Of a DNA stretch of 64,000 bases, positions 12,293 through 24,702 are shown piece by piece. Made by a program: the position numbers and the translations under genes. The stretch spans positions 29,326,001 through 29,390,000 of the forward strand of contig OX597828.1 in NCBI GenBank assembly GCA_951406725.2, read 5' to 3'. Source of the stretch: Octopus vulgaris. Its lineage: Eukaryota. Each line of letters begins with the position of its first letter. Within the stretch, counting starts at the first letter, position 1. The notes under the pieces are model-generated. The model was not told the DNA's origin. It saw only the letters and a program-made list of their open reading frames with translations, and made no database searches.

Positions 12293-12625
12293 GTGATGAG
12301 GAGGAGTAGGAGTAGGAGTATGAGGAGGGTTATGGTAACGTTCACGAACATTATAATCACTACTTACCACCATCATAAGCATCACCGCTACCGACATCGC
12401 CACCACAATTGTATCATCGTCATCGTCACCATCATCGTCGTCATCGTCGTCGTCATTTGCATCATCATCATCATTATCATCATCATCACCATCATCATCA
12501 CTATTATCGTGGTCATCGTCTGCATCAAGGACGACGACAACCAACTGTATCCTCTGTGTGTGTATATGACTACGTGTGTGTGTGCATGTGCATGTGTGAA
12601 TGTGTGTGTGTGTGTGTGTGCCTGA

Positions 12626-12681
<56 letters not shown>

Positions 12682-12824
12682 GTGAGTGTGTGTGTGTGAA
12701 TCAAATCAGCCAATTGCATCCCTTCTATTCACTCATGACTTTCCCTTTCGTCCCAATAAGTTTTCCATCATAGATTTTCCGAGCTCCAAATTCTTGTCAA
12801 ATTGATTCCATTCGCCACTTCATC

Positions 12825-13412
12825 TTAGTTAGTTAGTTAGTTAGTTAATTTGGCTCAAAAGCAAATAGCAAGGCCATGTAGGGGGACATGGAGTTAAGTA
12901 CAGGGTGGTGTTCATGTAAAGAGTTCAGGCCACTTGAGGTCCAGGGAGGCTTTGAACAAAGCGGTCGTCGGCATCTTCACCATCTCGTCTGGCAGCTTGT
13001 TCCACGGATCCGCAACCCGGACGGAGAAAGCTCCTCTCCTTCGATTGAGATGAAATCGTCGCAGGTAGAGCTTTTCGGAATGACCCCGCAGCCGACGCTC
13101 CGGAGCAGGAGTGCAGAACAGCTCTTTCGTGAGGTTACACTTCCCGCTTATGATGTTGTGGGCGAGAATGAGATCACCACGGCGGCGGCGTTTTTCAAGA
13201 GAACAAAGGTCGAGCGTCCTCAGCCTTTCTTCGTAGGACAAATTTTTGAGACCATGAACCATGCGGGTAGCCAGCCTCTGGACTCTTTCGAGGTGCTGTA
13301 TGTCTTTGAGGAGATAAGGAGAAGAGGCTTGAATCCCATACTCCAATATGGGTCTCACCAGCGTGACATAGAGTGGCAGGAATATGGCTGTTGTGAGCAT
13401 TCCGAATGACCG
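12825..13412 (-). mobile_element. 5'-truncated CR1-clade LINE (RT C-terminus, 3' UTR, (TAAC)n tail)
   Basis: Uninterrupted ORF 12912-13400 with LYVTLVRPILEY, LERVQRLATRMV, LSYEERLRTLDL, SLEKRRRRGDLI, RGHSEKL and FSVRVADPWNKLP; short UTR, then a TAAC-repeat tail at 12825-12847. Confidence 0.92.
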
Positions 13413-13592
13413 GAATGTCTCTTGTCTCTCCCTCGTCGTTCCCTGTTTCTTGTGCAGTCTTCTGGAATCCAGACTGTCACTTTACCAGCCACCTGTTGTC
13501 ATTTTCCCTCTTGAAGTGATCAGCCCAACCCCTGGCAATCGATTTTATCAATTTGATAATGTCATTTAATTTAGTTTATCTTCAGATCTTCA

Positions 13593-13985
13593 GGCGCAGG
13601 AGTGGCTGTGTGGTAAGTAGCTTGCTAACCAGCCACATGGTTCCGGGTTCAGTGTCCCACTGCGTGGCACCTTGGGCAAGTGTCTTCTGCTATAGCCTCG
13701 GGCCGACCAATGCCTTGTGAGTGGATTTGGTGGACGGAAACTGAAAGAAGCCCGTCGTATATATGTATATATATGTGTGTGTGTGTTTGTCCCCCCTAGC
13801 ATTGCTTGACAACCGATGCTGGTGTGTTTACGTCCACATCACTTAGCGGTTCGGCAAAAGAGACCGATAGAATAAGTACTGGGCTTACAAAGAATAAGTC
13901 CCGGGGACGATTTGCTCGACTAAAGGCGGTGCTCCAGCATGGCCGCAGTCAAGTGACTGAAACAAGTAAAAGAGTATAAAAGAGT
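13593..13985 (+). mobile_element. SINE family A, full length (tRNA-like head, CORE-like ccttgggcaagtg segment, internal TA/TG microsatellite, LINE-derived tail)
   Basis: A-box-like TGGCTGTGTGG and B-box-like GGTTCAGTGTCC; 7-bp TSD agatctt at 13584-13590 and 13986-13992. Other copies at 17654-18026, 20290-20855, 21964-22380, 39943-40085, 40817-41435, 44836-45235 and 55945-56345 (-). Confidence 0.9.
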
Positions 13986-14149
13986 AGATCTTTCCCGTTG
14001 CGTTATAATCTTCCCAAGCATTATTTATTTGTCGGATTCTTAGGGTTACTTGTTAGTTCTTTGATTCCATATTTCTGCACTGAAAGGGAATTTCATGAAA
14101 GATGCTTTGTTAATTCATCTTTCAAGGCTTATGAGCATTGAATATTTGC

Positions 14150-14355
14150 TTCAAAATTTGGCACTCGGTCAGGAATTTTAGGGGAAGGAATCACTCGAAT
14201 ACATCGACTCCAGTGTTAGGTACTTCATTTTATCGACTCCCAAAACATGAAAGACAAAGTCTGATGATCTTGGTGGTATATGAACTCGAAACGTAAAGAA
14301 CTAGAAAAAATATCGCCAAGCATTTTGTCCGATATTCTGCCAGCTCACCGCCTTC
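14150..14355 (-). mobile_element. SINE family C, degenerate copy
   Basis: acatcgactccagtg...ttatcgactccc...tgaactcgaaacgtaaaga...attctgccagctcaccgcc. Other copies at about 1960-2095, 10510-10710, 17390-17600, 35815-35950, 36331-36537, 39000-39175, 46180-46380, 51103-51300 and 61330-61480. Confidence 0.8.
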
Positions 14356-14431
14356 AAACCAGCTCTGAAGTTGACAGCCGTTTTCTTTCTCTTTCTTTCT
14401 CCGGTTATGTTATTCTAATTTTCCTAAAGTA

Positions 14432-15723
14432 CGAGGGGCGTTCAATAAGTAATGCCCCTGACCCACTTCCCATAGGGGTAGAGCAATGAAACTTGGCATA
14501 GTTATTAGTCTTTTTCTACATAAGAACCACCCAGAGTTACGCATTTCTCCCATTGTCTGATGCAGCTCTGGAGGCCGTTTTTGTAGAAGATCCCAGCTTG
14601 GTCCCCCAACCATGACGTGACTTCAGAAATCAAGGCTGCATCATCTGGGAAACTTTTTCCTTTCAAAAACAACTTCATGGCTGGGAAGAGGTGAAAATCA
14701 GAGAGTGCAAGGTCAAGAGAGTAGGGGGATGGGGGAGGAGTTCATAGCCGCACGCCTGTGCTTCTGATCTGGCGACACGCGAGTTGTGAACCCGAGCGTT
14801 GTCCTGCCGGAGGAGGATGCCTTTGCTGATCTTGCCCCGCCTCTTGATTTTGATAGCTTCTCTTAATTTCCTCAAAAGTGAAGCATAATAGGCTCTTGTA
14901 ATTGTGGTACCCTTTGCCAGGAAATCTGTCATCACTACTCCGTCCTGGTCCCAGAAGATTGTGAGCATGACCGTGCCAGCGGAGGGCTGCACCCTTGCCT
15001 TCTTTGGAGGAGGTGAGTCACGGTGCTTCGACTGCATTGATTGGGCTTTGGTCTCTGGATCATAGTGATGGACCCAGGTTTCATCCTGTGTAATCAGTCT
15101 TTTGAAAAATTTTGACTAATCTTCTTGGCACATCTCCAAATTCATCCTTGAGCACTCGACGCGTTCTTGCTTCTGGAAAGGTGTGAGCAACCTGGGAATC
15201 CATCTGGCAGACACCTTTTGCATATGCAAATGGTCATGAATGATAGTTTCCACAGACCCGGTACTAATCTTGACGTAATGGGCTATTTGGTGAATAGTTA
15301 TGCATCGATCTTCCAAAATGGCAGCCTCATCTTGACGGACAGATGCCTCATCAATGGCAGAAGTGGGGCGACCAGATCTGGGAGCTGTTTCCACAGAGTT
15401 CCGACCATGTTTGAATTCACGATGCCAGCGTTTTACAAGGTCATATGATGGGGCATCATGACCATAAGTTACTTTCATTTCATCAAAAGTCTCCCGTGGT
15501 GTGCGACCTTTCAAATACAAAAACCGGATCACTGCTCCACACTCAACAGGCTCCATTTCACACTTGACTCAGTTGAAACACCTGTAAATCAGAAACCACA
15601 ATTAGTTCAGAGCTGTAATTTGCCACTTAATCTATAGAGATATAAATAATTGCACATGCAAAATTTCAGCTAGATCAAACAAACGTAAGTGAGTCAGGGG
15701 CATTACTAATTGAACGTCCCTCG
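14432..15723 (-). mobile_element. Full-length mariner transposon (1292 bp)
   Basis: 36-bp TIRs cgaggggcgttcaataagtaatgcccctgacccact / agtgagtcaggggcattactaattgaacgtccctcg with 3 mismatches; TA duplication at 14430-14431 and 15724-15725. Confidence 0.97.
14505..15556 (-). pseudogene. Mariner transposase pseudogene, D,D34D, about 350 aa reconstructed
   Basis: MEPVECGAVIRFLYLKG...WIPRLL...ITQDETWVHHYDPE...QDNARVH...HPPYSLDLALSDFHLF...WEKCVTLGGSYVEKD*. One in-frame TAG (15116-15118) and one 1-bp deletion near 14725. There are 34 residues between the second and third Asp. Confidence 0.93.
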
Positions 15724-16430
15724 TAGATGTAAGTTTTCTTATTGAAAGGATATTTCTCAAATTTTGATATCAGAAACTTCTGGAAGCTTGTTTGGTTTTT
15801 ATACATATTTTACTTTATTTTTGTTATAATGTTCATTTGTATTCCTACAGTCAGGTCTTTTCTGTTCAGTTGTTCGAGAGAAATTTGAAGTCAGCTCTTC
15901 TGACACGTTAGCATGTCGCCTGCAAATCGAAAATGCGTAAGCTATTCACTGTCGATTTTAAATCAAGTTTCAACCTGCTCTTGGTGCAGTTTGCGAACCC
16001 CCACCATAACAAAAAAAAAATCATAAAAAAAAAACAAAAACCGAAAACAAAATCAACTCCCACACAAAATAAAAATCACAAAAACAAAAACAAACAAAAC
16101 AGAAAAAAAAAGAAAGTAAAATAAAACATTTTCAATGCAGACGGTGAATACTTTACAGGAAATAAATTCTCTCTGACTGATGCCTTTCTGTGTACAAATC
16201 TGTTCGATTCTTTGAGTCGTCTGATAAAAGATGCAGTTTTGTGATAGCTGTTTTAAGACATTACTGTATGATGGTTCTACACCGATTTATTGCAGCTGTC
16301 ATCGCTGATGTTATTTTTAGAGTCGAAAGCTTTTTGGTAGTTCACGAAAGATATGTAGTGTAGGTTGCTACACTCTGCCGATATTTCGATTAGTTGCTTT
16401 GTGACAAGCAGGCAGTCATTGCCCACCTAA

Positions 16431-16461
<31 letters not shown>

Positions 16462-16839
16462 TGTATGTATGTAGAACCTTGGCACATCAACAAGTAGGAT
16501 GCCAGAAATGGCTAGGTAGGATACTATAAAGTTCACTGTAAGATAAACAACATTGAAGTCATCACCTTATGGTAGGTTACTGCAGATATGTCAGTACCAG
16601 ATCTAACGTAAACCCTAGATGCGACTCTGGTGTTGGTTCTAGGTGTAGGGTAAGTATAAACTGACTGTAAGGTATTTCTTTCTCCAGTTGTAGAGAGGTT
16701 GTGCGCCTTCGGCCATTTGAGTCTGGCGAGTTGCCTATTCTACTAAGCGCTTTATAGTTGCAAAGCCAATGGTCACTCTATGACCGGTCATAACAATAAC
16801 CTTCTTTAAAAAATATATTCCTGCTCTAATGTCTTAGAG

Positions 16840-17107
16840 TAGTGGTTCCCAAACATTTTCGTGCTGCTGCCTCCTTGACACTAAGACCACATTTCTAGCG
16901 CCCTCACCCCAACTAACCATCACAAACATAGACTTCTTTCTGAAGCAAATTCAAAGCAACAGCATTTCACAAATAAAATGAACCCATTATTTTGTTGTTT
17001 TTACATGAATCCTTGCACCATTATCACCCCAATTTTCTTCAACACCCCATGGAACTTTCCACCACCCCAGGGGGTGGGGACAATACCGCTCACTTTGGGA
17101 AGAACTG
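16840..17107. mobile_element. hAT/Charlie-like MITE
   Basis: Ends tagtggttcccaaa / tttgggaagaactg; 8-bp TSD tcttagag (16832-16839) and ttttagag (17108-17115). Confidence 0.75.
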
Positions 17108-18216
17108 TTTTAGAGGGTGTTTCTTATTCGGATATATGAACTACGGACGATTCATATGTATGTATGTATGTATGTGTGTGTGATTGTGTATATATATATA
17201 TATATATATATATACACAATCACACACACACACATACATACATACATACATACATATGCCTTCAGATTTTAATCATCCTACATCGAGGCACACTCCAAGA
17301 TCACTCCTATAACTCGTCTCCAAACATCACACTCCAAGGTTCAAAGCAAATATTTCTCTAACTTTCCTCGGACCACTTATTCCTTGTTTCAAATTTCAGC
17401 ATAAAACCAGCAGTTTTAGAGGTTGGAGTTTAGTCGATCCCATCTACTCCAATACCCCACTGCACAACTGGTACTCATTTTATTGTCCTCGAAAAGTTGA
17501 AAGGCAAACTCGACCACGGTAGAGTTTGAACTCAAAACGTCATGACCCAAAGAAATGTCACTACGCATTTTCTCCGACGCGATACCGATCCGGCCAGCAC
17601 TTATTACTTACCATTAAATAAATCAATGAAGAAGGCTAAATTATTTATACTGAGGCGCAGGAGTTGCTGTATGGTAAGAAGTTCGCTTCTGAACCACATA
17701 GTTCCGGGTTCAGTCTCACTGCATGGCACCTTGAGTAAGTGTCTTCTAATATAGCATAGGGCCGACCAAAGTGTGTGTGTATGTGTGTGTATGTGTGTGT
17801 GTGTGTGTGCGTGCTTGTGTGTGTGTGTGTTTGTCTCCTCATCACCACTTGACAACCGGTGTTAGTGTGTTTACGTCCCCCGTATCTTAGTGGTTCATCA
17901 AAAGACATCGATAGAATAAGTACCAGGTTTAAAAAATAAGCACCGAGGTCAATTCATTCGGCTAAAAATTCAAGCCGGTATTCCAGCATGGCCGCAATCT
18001 AATGACTGAAACTTGTAAAAGATAAAATATATTTCACAAAAGCACAATGAAACACCTTTTACCAAGAAACCAAATTTTCAGAAACCAACAATACAACGAT
18101 CAACAACACAGACACTCTGGTTCTTACAATCAATAAAATAACCATAAATATAACGAAATAAAGATCCCCACCTCCACCTGTTACTAGGCAATGTAAATAT
18201 AATATATACAGCATGT

Positions 18217-18594
18217 GGAGGCGTAATGGCCCAGTGGTTAGGGCAGCGGATTCGCGGTCATAGGATCGTGGTTTCGATTCAAAGACCGGGCGTTGTGAGT
18301 GTTTATTGAGCGAAAACACCAAAAATCTCCACGAGGCTCCGACAGGGGATGGTGGCGAACCCTCCTGTATTTTTTCATCACAACTTTCTCTCACTCTTTC
18401 TTCCTGTTTAAGTTGTACCTGTTTAAAGGGCCAGCCTTGTCACACTCTGTGTCACGCTGAATCTCCCCGAGAACTACGTCAAGGGTACACGTGTCTGTGG
18501 AATGCTCAGCCGCTTGCACGTTAATTTCACGAGCAGGCTGTTCCGTTGATCGGATCAACTGGAACCCTCGTCGTCGTAACCGACGGAGTGCCAC
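18217..18594 (+). mobile_element. SINE family B (tRNA-derived head), tail type 1
   Basis: A box TGGCCCAGTGG, B-box-like GGTTTCGATTC; 13-bp TSD atatatacagcat at 18202-18214 and 18596-18608. Confidence 0.9.
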
Positions 18595-19009
18595 GATATA
18601 TACAGCATCAACTGCACACCAGAAATAGAAACTACACGACGAAAGACAACCTCAGTCACACTGCACCAAAACCACACCCAGCAAAACTAAGACTTGGCAT
18701 CAGGCAACCAAACAAGAAAATAGATAAATAAATAAGCCACTGTGAAACGAAAATTGGCAAACAGTTGCAATATTAACATAGAAACACACAATTAGCATTA
18801 AAGTGCTGTGTCGAGTAATTAGCAATGTTACTAATAGCGGTCACAGACATCCTATGTCACAATAATAGCCTTAAATAATATACCCGTATTGCAATATCAA
18901 GGAAACGCCCTTATAAAACATTTTCCGAATATTAGTTTCACAGAACCATTCAAAGACAGGGACACAAAATGGAAAGAATACATACTTCATCTCTTGTGTG
19001 ATTCTAATA

Positions 19010-19313
19010 CATAGGTTCTCAAAATGGGTGCTACCGCCCCACCCACGGTGGGCGTTGAGAGAGTCCATGTGGGTGCTAGCGCGTAAGAGAAAAAGGAGGC
19101 GTTGGGAGGAAGGCAGTGGATTGGGGGTGGCTATGAATATTATTATAGTATTTTATACAGATTATATAATATATTAAATATCAAATGATTCATAGTATTT
19201 ATAAATTAGTAAAATATAAAATATTTACTTACATATAAAAATAGGGGTGGGGTCGCTGAGGGTGTTATGTGGCCACGAGGCGGGCGGTGGCCCAAAAAGT
19301 TTAAGAACCTCTG
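19010..19313. mobile_element. hAT/Charlie-like MITE
   Basis: Ends cataggttctcaaa / tttaagaacctctg; perfect 8-bp TSD ttctaata at 19002-19009 and 19314-19321. Confidence 0.85.
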
Positions 19314-19851
19314 TTCTAATACCTTACCTGTGACAGATATCCCAAAACACACACACACACACACACATACACACACACACACACATATACATATACATAC
19401 GGCGCGATTCTTCCAGTTTCCGTCTACTAAATCCATTCACAATTGGGAAATGGGAAAACTTAGAAAGCTCGGGGTCAGAGAAAATAACAATGTATCCTTA
19501 AGACACATAGAGTGTCGAAGGAATTCATTGCATTCATCAGTACCAGCAACTCGCATTAACATTGCCAAACTCTTAAAATCTGGGCAAAATTTACAACGAT
19601 TCTAAAGTAAAAACAAAAGCACCAGAGAAGTAGTATTGTACTCAGCTAGAGGGAGTACCACCCAGACAGCCGATCAGTTCGCCACCCTGGGCCTCCAAGC
19701 CTTATCAGGTTTGTATTGCAAATCCATAAAAGCATCGCCCGGGGAGGACTGCCCTTCTTCTAACCTCTTGCTATGCTTCTGTTCAACACCCTCTTATGCA
19801 CACTATAAAATATTCTAAAAATGCTAATATTTGTCATCATAAACCCATATA

Positions 19852-20151
19852 CAGTATCCTTCGCCATATCGCGGTTCACCTATCGCGGTTAACATATCGC
19901 GGTTCACTATCGCGGGTCACATATCGCAGTTCACCTATCGCGGTTCACCTATCGCGGTTTATCATTTAAGCTTACGTCGCTTCCTCCGTGGTGTTGTTGT
20001 GCATTTATAAGAAATTAAATATATATACATCATAAAAATAATTAAAAAAATATACAGTACAATACTGTTTCTACTTCGTGGATGTTCACCTATCGCGGGG
20101 CTGGGGGGGGGGGGTTAGAACGTAACACCCGCGATAGTCGAGGGATTACTG
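19852..20151. mobile_element. Tigger/pogo-like MITE with internal tandem repeats
   Basis: Left end TA-cagtatccttcgccatatcgcgg, right end ccgcgatagtcgagggattactg; about six tandem copies of tatcgcggttcacc at 19867-19960. Confidence 0.75.
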
Positions 20152-20545
20152 AATCTCTCTTTTCAAACCCCAACACCATTTCAGATCACTATACATTACA
20201 GCCTCGCCCCCCACCACTAACGCTACTCATGAGTCTAACATAAGAAATACATGATAGCTACGTATCACTCGTGGTTGCATCTGCATAGGCACAAACATGG
20301 CTTGGCGGGTAAAAAGCTTACTTTAACCACGTCTGCTCGGGTCTATAGTTGAAGACTCTTCCTCAAGGTGCCTCACAGTGGGACTGTACTCGAAACCATT
20401 TGGCTGCACACAAGCTTCTTAGCTACATGTTTCCAGGTTCAGTCCCACTACGTGGCACTTTTGGCAAGTGTCTTCTACTATAGTCTCGGGCCAACCAAAG
20501 ACTTGTGAGTGGAGTTGGTAGACGGAAACTGGAAGAATCTCGTCG

Positions 20546-20636
<91 letters not shown>

Positions 20637-20869
20637 TGTGTGTGAGTGTGTGTGTGTATGTTTGTTTCACCCACCATTGCTTGACAATTGATGCTGGTGT
20701 GTTTATGTCCCTGTAACCTAGCGGTTCTGAAAAAGAAACCGATAGAATAAGTATTAGTCTTACAAAGGATAAGTTCTGGGGCTGATTTCTTCGACTAACA
20801 CCCTTTAAGGTGGTGCTCTAGCATGGCCACAGTCTGATAACTGAAACAAAAGAATAACAGAATTAATGA

Positions 20870-21180
20870 ACAAACGGTAAGACAATGTCCAAACATAAAT
20901 AGAGCAATCACAGGCATCGCTAAATTTGCCGACAGAAAGAAACAAAAACCACAGTGGTGTACAAACAATACAGTAGATCCACGATGGACTATGCCAGTCC
21001 TGTCTGGGTGTTCATTTATTCCACAACAAATCTGAAAATCTAGAAGATCACAAAACAGTGTTCTGTGCATTATAACATGTACAAATATCACACGATGACC
21101 ACTTAATATTACGGAACAAGAAAATGCTACTAACAGTGGAAGACAGTACGAGGGCCATCATTTGTTGTCGTAGTAAGATT
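20870..21180 (+). mobile_element. Decayed non-LTR retrotransposon RT-thumb fragment (I/Jockey-group-like)
   Basis: VYKQYSRSTMDYASPVW followed, after a frameshift, by SQNSVLCIIT; resembles LYKxxIRSxxDYASPVW...QNxALRIITG. Confidence 0.55.
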
Positions 21181-21194
21181 ATAGCCCTTAGAGT

Positions 21195-21580
21195 GGAGGC
21201 GCAATGGCCCAGTGGTTAGGGCAGCGGACTCGCGGTCGTAGGATCGAGGTTTCGATTCCCAGACCGGGCGTTGTGAGTGTTTATTGAGCGAAAACACCTA
21301 AAAGCTCCACGAGGCTCCGGCAGGGATGGTGGTGATCCCTGCTGTACTCTTTCACCACAACTTTCTCTCACTTTTACTTCCTGTTTCTGTTGTACCTGTA
21401 TTTCAAAGGGCCGGCCTTGTCACTCTCTGTGTCACGCTGAATATCCTCGAGAACTACGTTAAGGGTACACGTGTCTGTGGAGTGCTCAGCCACTTACACG
21501 TTAATTTCACGAGCAGGCTGTTCCGTTGATTCGGATCAACCGGAACCCTCGTCGTCGTAACCGACGGAGTGCTTCCATCC
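21195..21580 (+). mobile_element. SINE family B, full length, tail type 1
   Basis: ggaggcgcaatggcccagtggttagggcagcggactcgcggtcgtaggatcgaggtttcgattccc; 14-bp TSD atagcccttagagt at 21181-21194 and 21581-21594. Confidence 0.93.
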
Positions 21581-22523
21581 ATAGCCCTTAGAGTTTTGTA
21601 AACAAATGTAAGACCATCAGCAGAAAAAAAAAAACCCTACACACGCATGCAAACCCCCAAAATAATACATCTGTCTAAGTTTAGTAGTGATTTATTCAGC
21701 ACTGATCCTGGATAACAAGATATACTAATTGTAAACCGTGTTACGTTTATCACGAACTGATCTGTGTGAAAACACGGATCAACGAGCAGTCAACGGTTCC
21801 GCTTGGACTGCAAAAGCGCGCTCCACTGGCCCTCCACATTGCTCAGGACAACATAATGAATGGTTTCTCAGAACGAAGCCCAATTTCTGCCATATGTTCT
21901 ATTATTTATTTATAACTGGTTCATTAAGCACAATGTTTTTCCGTTTTTTAATCACTTTTTTTTGTAGCCATGAGTGGCTGTGTGGTAAGTAGCTTGCTAA
22001 CCAACCACATGGTTCCGGGTTCAGTCCCACTGCGTGGCATCTTGGGCAAGTGTCTTCTGCTATAGCCCCGGGCCGACCAAAACCTTGTGAGTGGATTTGG
22101 TTGACGGAAACTGAAAGAAGCCTGTCGTATATGTGTATACATATATATATATATGTGTGTGTGTTTGTGTGTCTGTGTTTGTCTCCCTAGCATTGCTTGA
22201 CAATCGATGCTGGTGTGTTTACGTCCCCGTCACTTAGCGGTTCGGCAAAAGAGACCGATAGAATAAGTACTGGGCTTACAAAGAATAAGTTCCGGGGTCG
22301 ATTTGCTCGACTAAAGGCGGTGCTCCAGCATGGCCGCAGTCAAATGACTGAAACAAGTAAAGGAAAAGAATAAAAAGAAAAAAACACTTGTGGAAAACGG
22401 GGATAGAAGTACTGCAGCATTATAGGAACACTGGCTCAGGCCACCCAGCCGAAGCAAGCATATGGAAACATATACCGTAAGAAATAACGGCAATATCAAT
22501 AACCTCATTACCTACTCAGTACC

Positions 22524-22942
22524 TATTTCTTTATTACCCACAAGGGGCTAAACATAGAGGGGACAAACATAGACAGACATAGGTATTAAGTCGATTATAT
22601 CGACCCCAGTGCTTAACTGGTACTTAATTTATCGACCCCGAAAGGATGAAAGGCAAAGTCGACCTCGGCGGAATTTGAACTCACAACGTAACGGCAGCCG
22701 GAATACCTATTTCTTTATTACCCACAAGGGGCTAAACACAGAGGGGACAAACATGGACAGACATAGGTATTAAGTCGATTATATCGACTCCAGTGCTTAA
22801 CTGGTACTTAATTTATCGACCCCGAAAGGATGAAAGGCAAAGTCGACCTCGGCGGAATTTGAACTCACAACGTAACGGCAGCCGAAATACCGCTAAGCAT
22901 TTCGCCCGACGTGCTAACGATTCTGCCAGCTCGCCGCCTTAG
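22524..22942 (-). mobile_element. SINE family C with tandemly duplicated body
   Basis: One head plus two near-identical units of about 183 bp; 15-bp TSD tacctactcagtacc at 22509-22523 and 22943-22957. Confidence 0.92.
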
Positions 22943-23165
22943 TACCTACTCAGTACCATTCCAAATAATACTGCGCTGTGGTTCAGAGCAAGTCCAGTTT
23001 GTCTGCCACAGGCGGACATTCGGAAATGGATTAAACAGTGAAAGGTGTGTGATATCTTCAGACTGTCACGCAATACGTTATTCGATTTATGACGGGGTGT
23101 GCAACAGGGTCGTTATTTACGCAGTGACGTCATGAATCGAATAACGTATTGTGTGAAGGGTCTGT

Positions 23166-23583
23166 GGATCTTTTCGGTTTGAACGGCAGTTTTTAAAAAT
23201 AATTTCCACGTAACTAAACACTTTTAAACTTCGTTTACTGGTAGAATGTGTTTATAAAACATCTTTTTCTCTTGGCTTTATTGAGAAAATTCTATAGTTT
23301 GTAAGATATTTGTTGTTTTTTACTTCAATTTCTGCAATTTCAACCAATCAATGACGTCTATTGAGGTAAAAAAAAATATTCTGTGCCGTATGAATATGTC
23401 CCACGTTTAAGAAAGAGATTGGGTTTATTTACATTTGTGAAGAAAAAAGATACCCTTCCCCCACCCCTAACCCTAACCCTTAAACAGATTGAAATGCAAT
23501 AGATCGATACTAGGGTCATAATTATGGGTGACAATTTCATATGACACCGCTAGAAAAAACTGCCGTTCAAACCGAAAAGATCC
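23166..23583. mobile_element. Young MITE, 29-bp perfect TIRs, 8-bp TSD
   Basis: ggatcttttcggtttgaacggcagttttt / aaaaactgccgttcaaaccgaaaagatcc; TSD gggtctgt at 23158-23165 and 23584-23591; internal ccctaaccctaaccct. Confidence 0.95.
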
Positions 23584-24045
23584 GGGTCTGTGGACAGTAG
23601 CGTGGCTAGGAATAGAGGCGAGGAGGAGGCGGTCCGCTCCGGGTGATGCTTTTACGGGTGTGACACTTTTGGGGGCAAAACTGAAGGGCTGTCCTGGGTA
23701 ACTCTAGCTACATCACTTTCTGTGGGGAAAGTGTTCGATTTAGGAGCCTGATCAGGGACTTACACAACAAAGAAGAAGAAGAAGACGGCGACGACGACGA
23801 CGACAAGAAGAACATCGACATAAAAAAACAACAACAACAAAAAACAAAAAAAAGGCTGTAGAAACGAAACGAAATTAATATTAACGACGATGGCGACGAC
23901 AGCCATGAAACAATGAGAAAAGCTACGATAATAACCGCAACGGTTATTAAGAGGACTATCAATTGACTGAAAGAAAACCGGCTCTTCCATCAACTGCATC
24001 AACAGCAACAACATCCGCAGCAGCAGCAGCACCACCACCACCACC

Positions 24046-24080
<35 letters not shown>

Positions 24081-24139
24081 CTTAATTATCACCTGTAGAC
24101 GACCCCACCGCCACCACCGCCACCACCACCACCACCACC

Positions 24140-24195
<56 letters not shown>

Positions 24196-24491
24196 CTTAA
24201 TTATCACCTGTAGACGACCCCACTACCACCACCACCACCACAACTATCGTCGCCGCCGCCGCATTCACAGCCACAGCCACAACCATCATTATCATTACCC
24301 CCGCCGCGACCACCACCACCACCACCACCACCGCCACCACCACCACGACCACCACCACATCCGCCGCCACCACCATTATCGCTACAGTTGCGGGTTGTGA
24401 GACTAACTGAAATGTAGACATTAAAAATTTAATCCCTTGATTAAGACTCCTTCCTACACCCTAATTTTCAAACCTTGTTACATACTCATAT

Positions 24492-24555
<64 letters not shown>

Positions 24556-24671
24556 ACGCACGCGCACATGCACACGCACACACATACATACTCAGATTAA
24601 ACAACCACATGGAGACACATACACAGACCGAACCACAAACCAATAGACGTAAATGTACACATGGGCATATC

Positions 24672-24702
<31 letters not shown>

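Larger units (their letters stand above)
12700..16422 (-). mobile_element. Ancient RTE-clade LINE remnant, fragmented by nested insertions
   Basis: Collinear minus-strand RT motifs: KQLIEISAEC...YISFVNYQKAFDS (about 16319-16395), KGISQREFISCKVFTVCIENV (about 16125-16190), LTHFRFAGDML (about 15909-15940), YIY across the mariner insertion site, SAEIW (about 14070), WADHFKRENDNRW..KVTVWIPEDCTRNR (about 13441-13527). Confidence 0.8.

Noticed and set aside
12888-13409. 173-aa plus-strand ORF
   Set aside because: Antisense shadow of the CR1 RT fragment.
21195-21270. Apparent tRNA genes (also at 18217, 40255 and 58346)
   Set aside because: They are SINE heads: no complete acceptor stem, and they continue into SINE bodies, with TSDs at 18217 and 21195.
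23465-23480. Telomeric repeat or chromosome end
   Set aside because: Only about 2.5 units, internal to a MITE.
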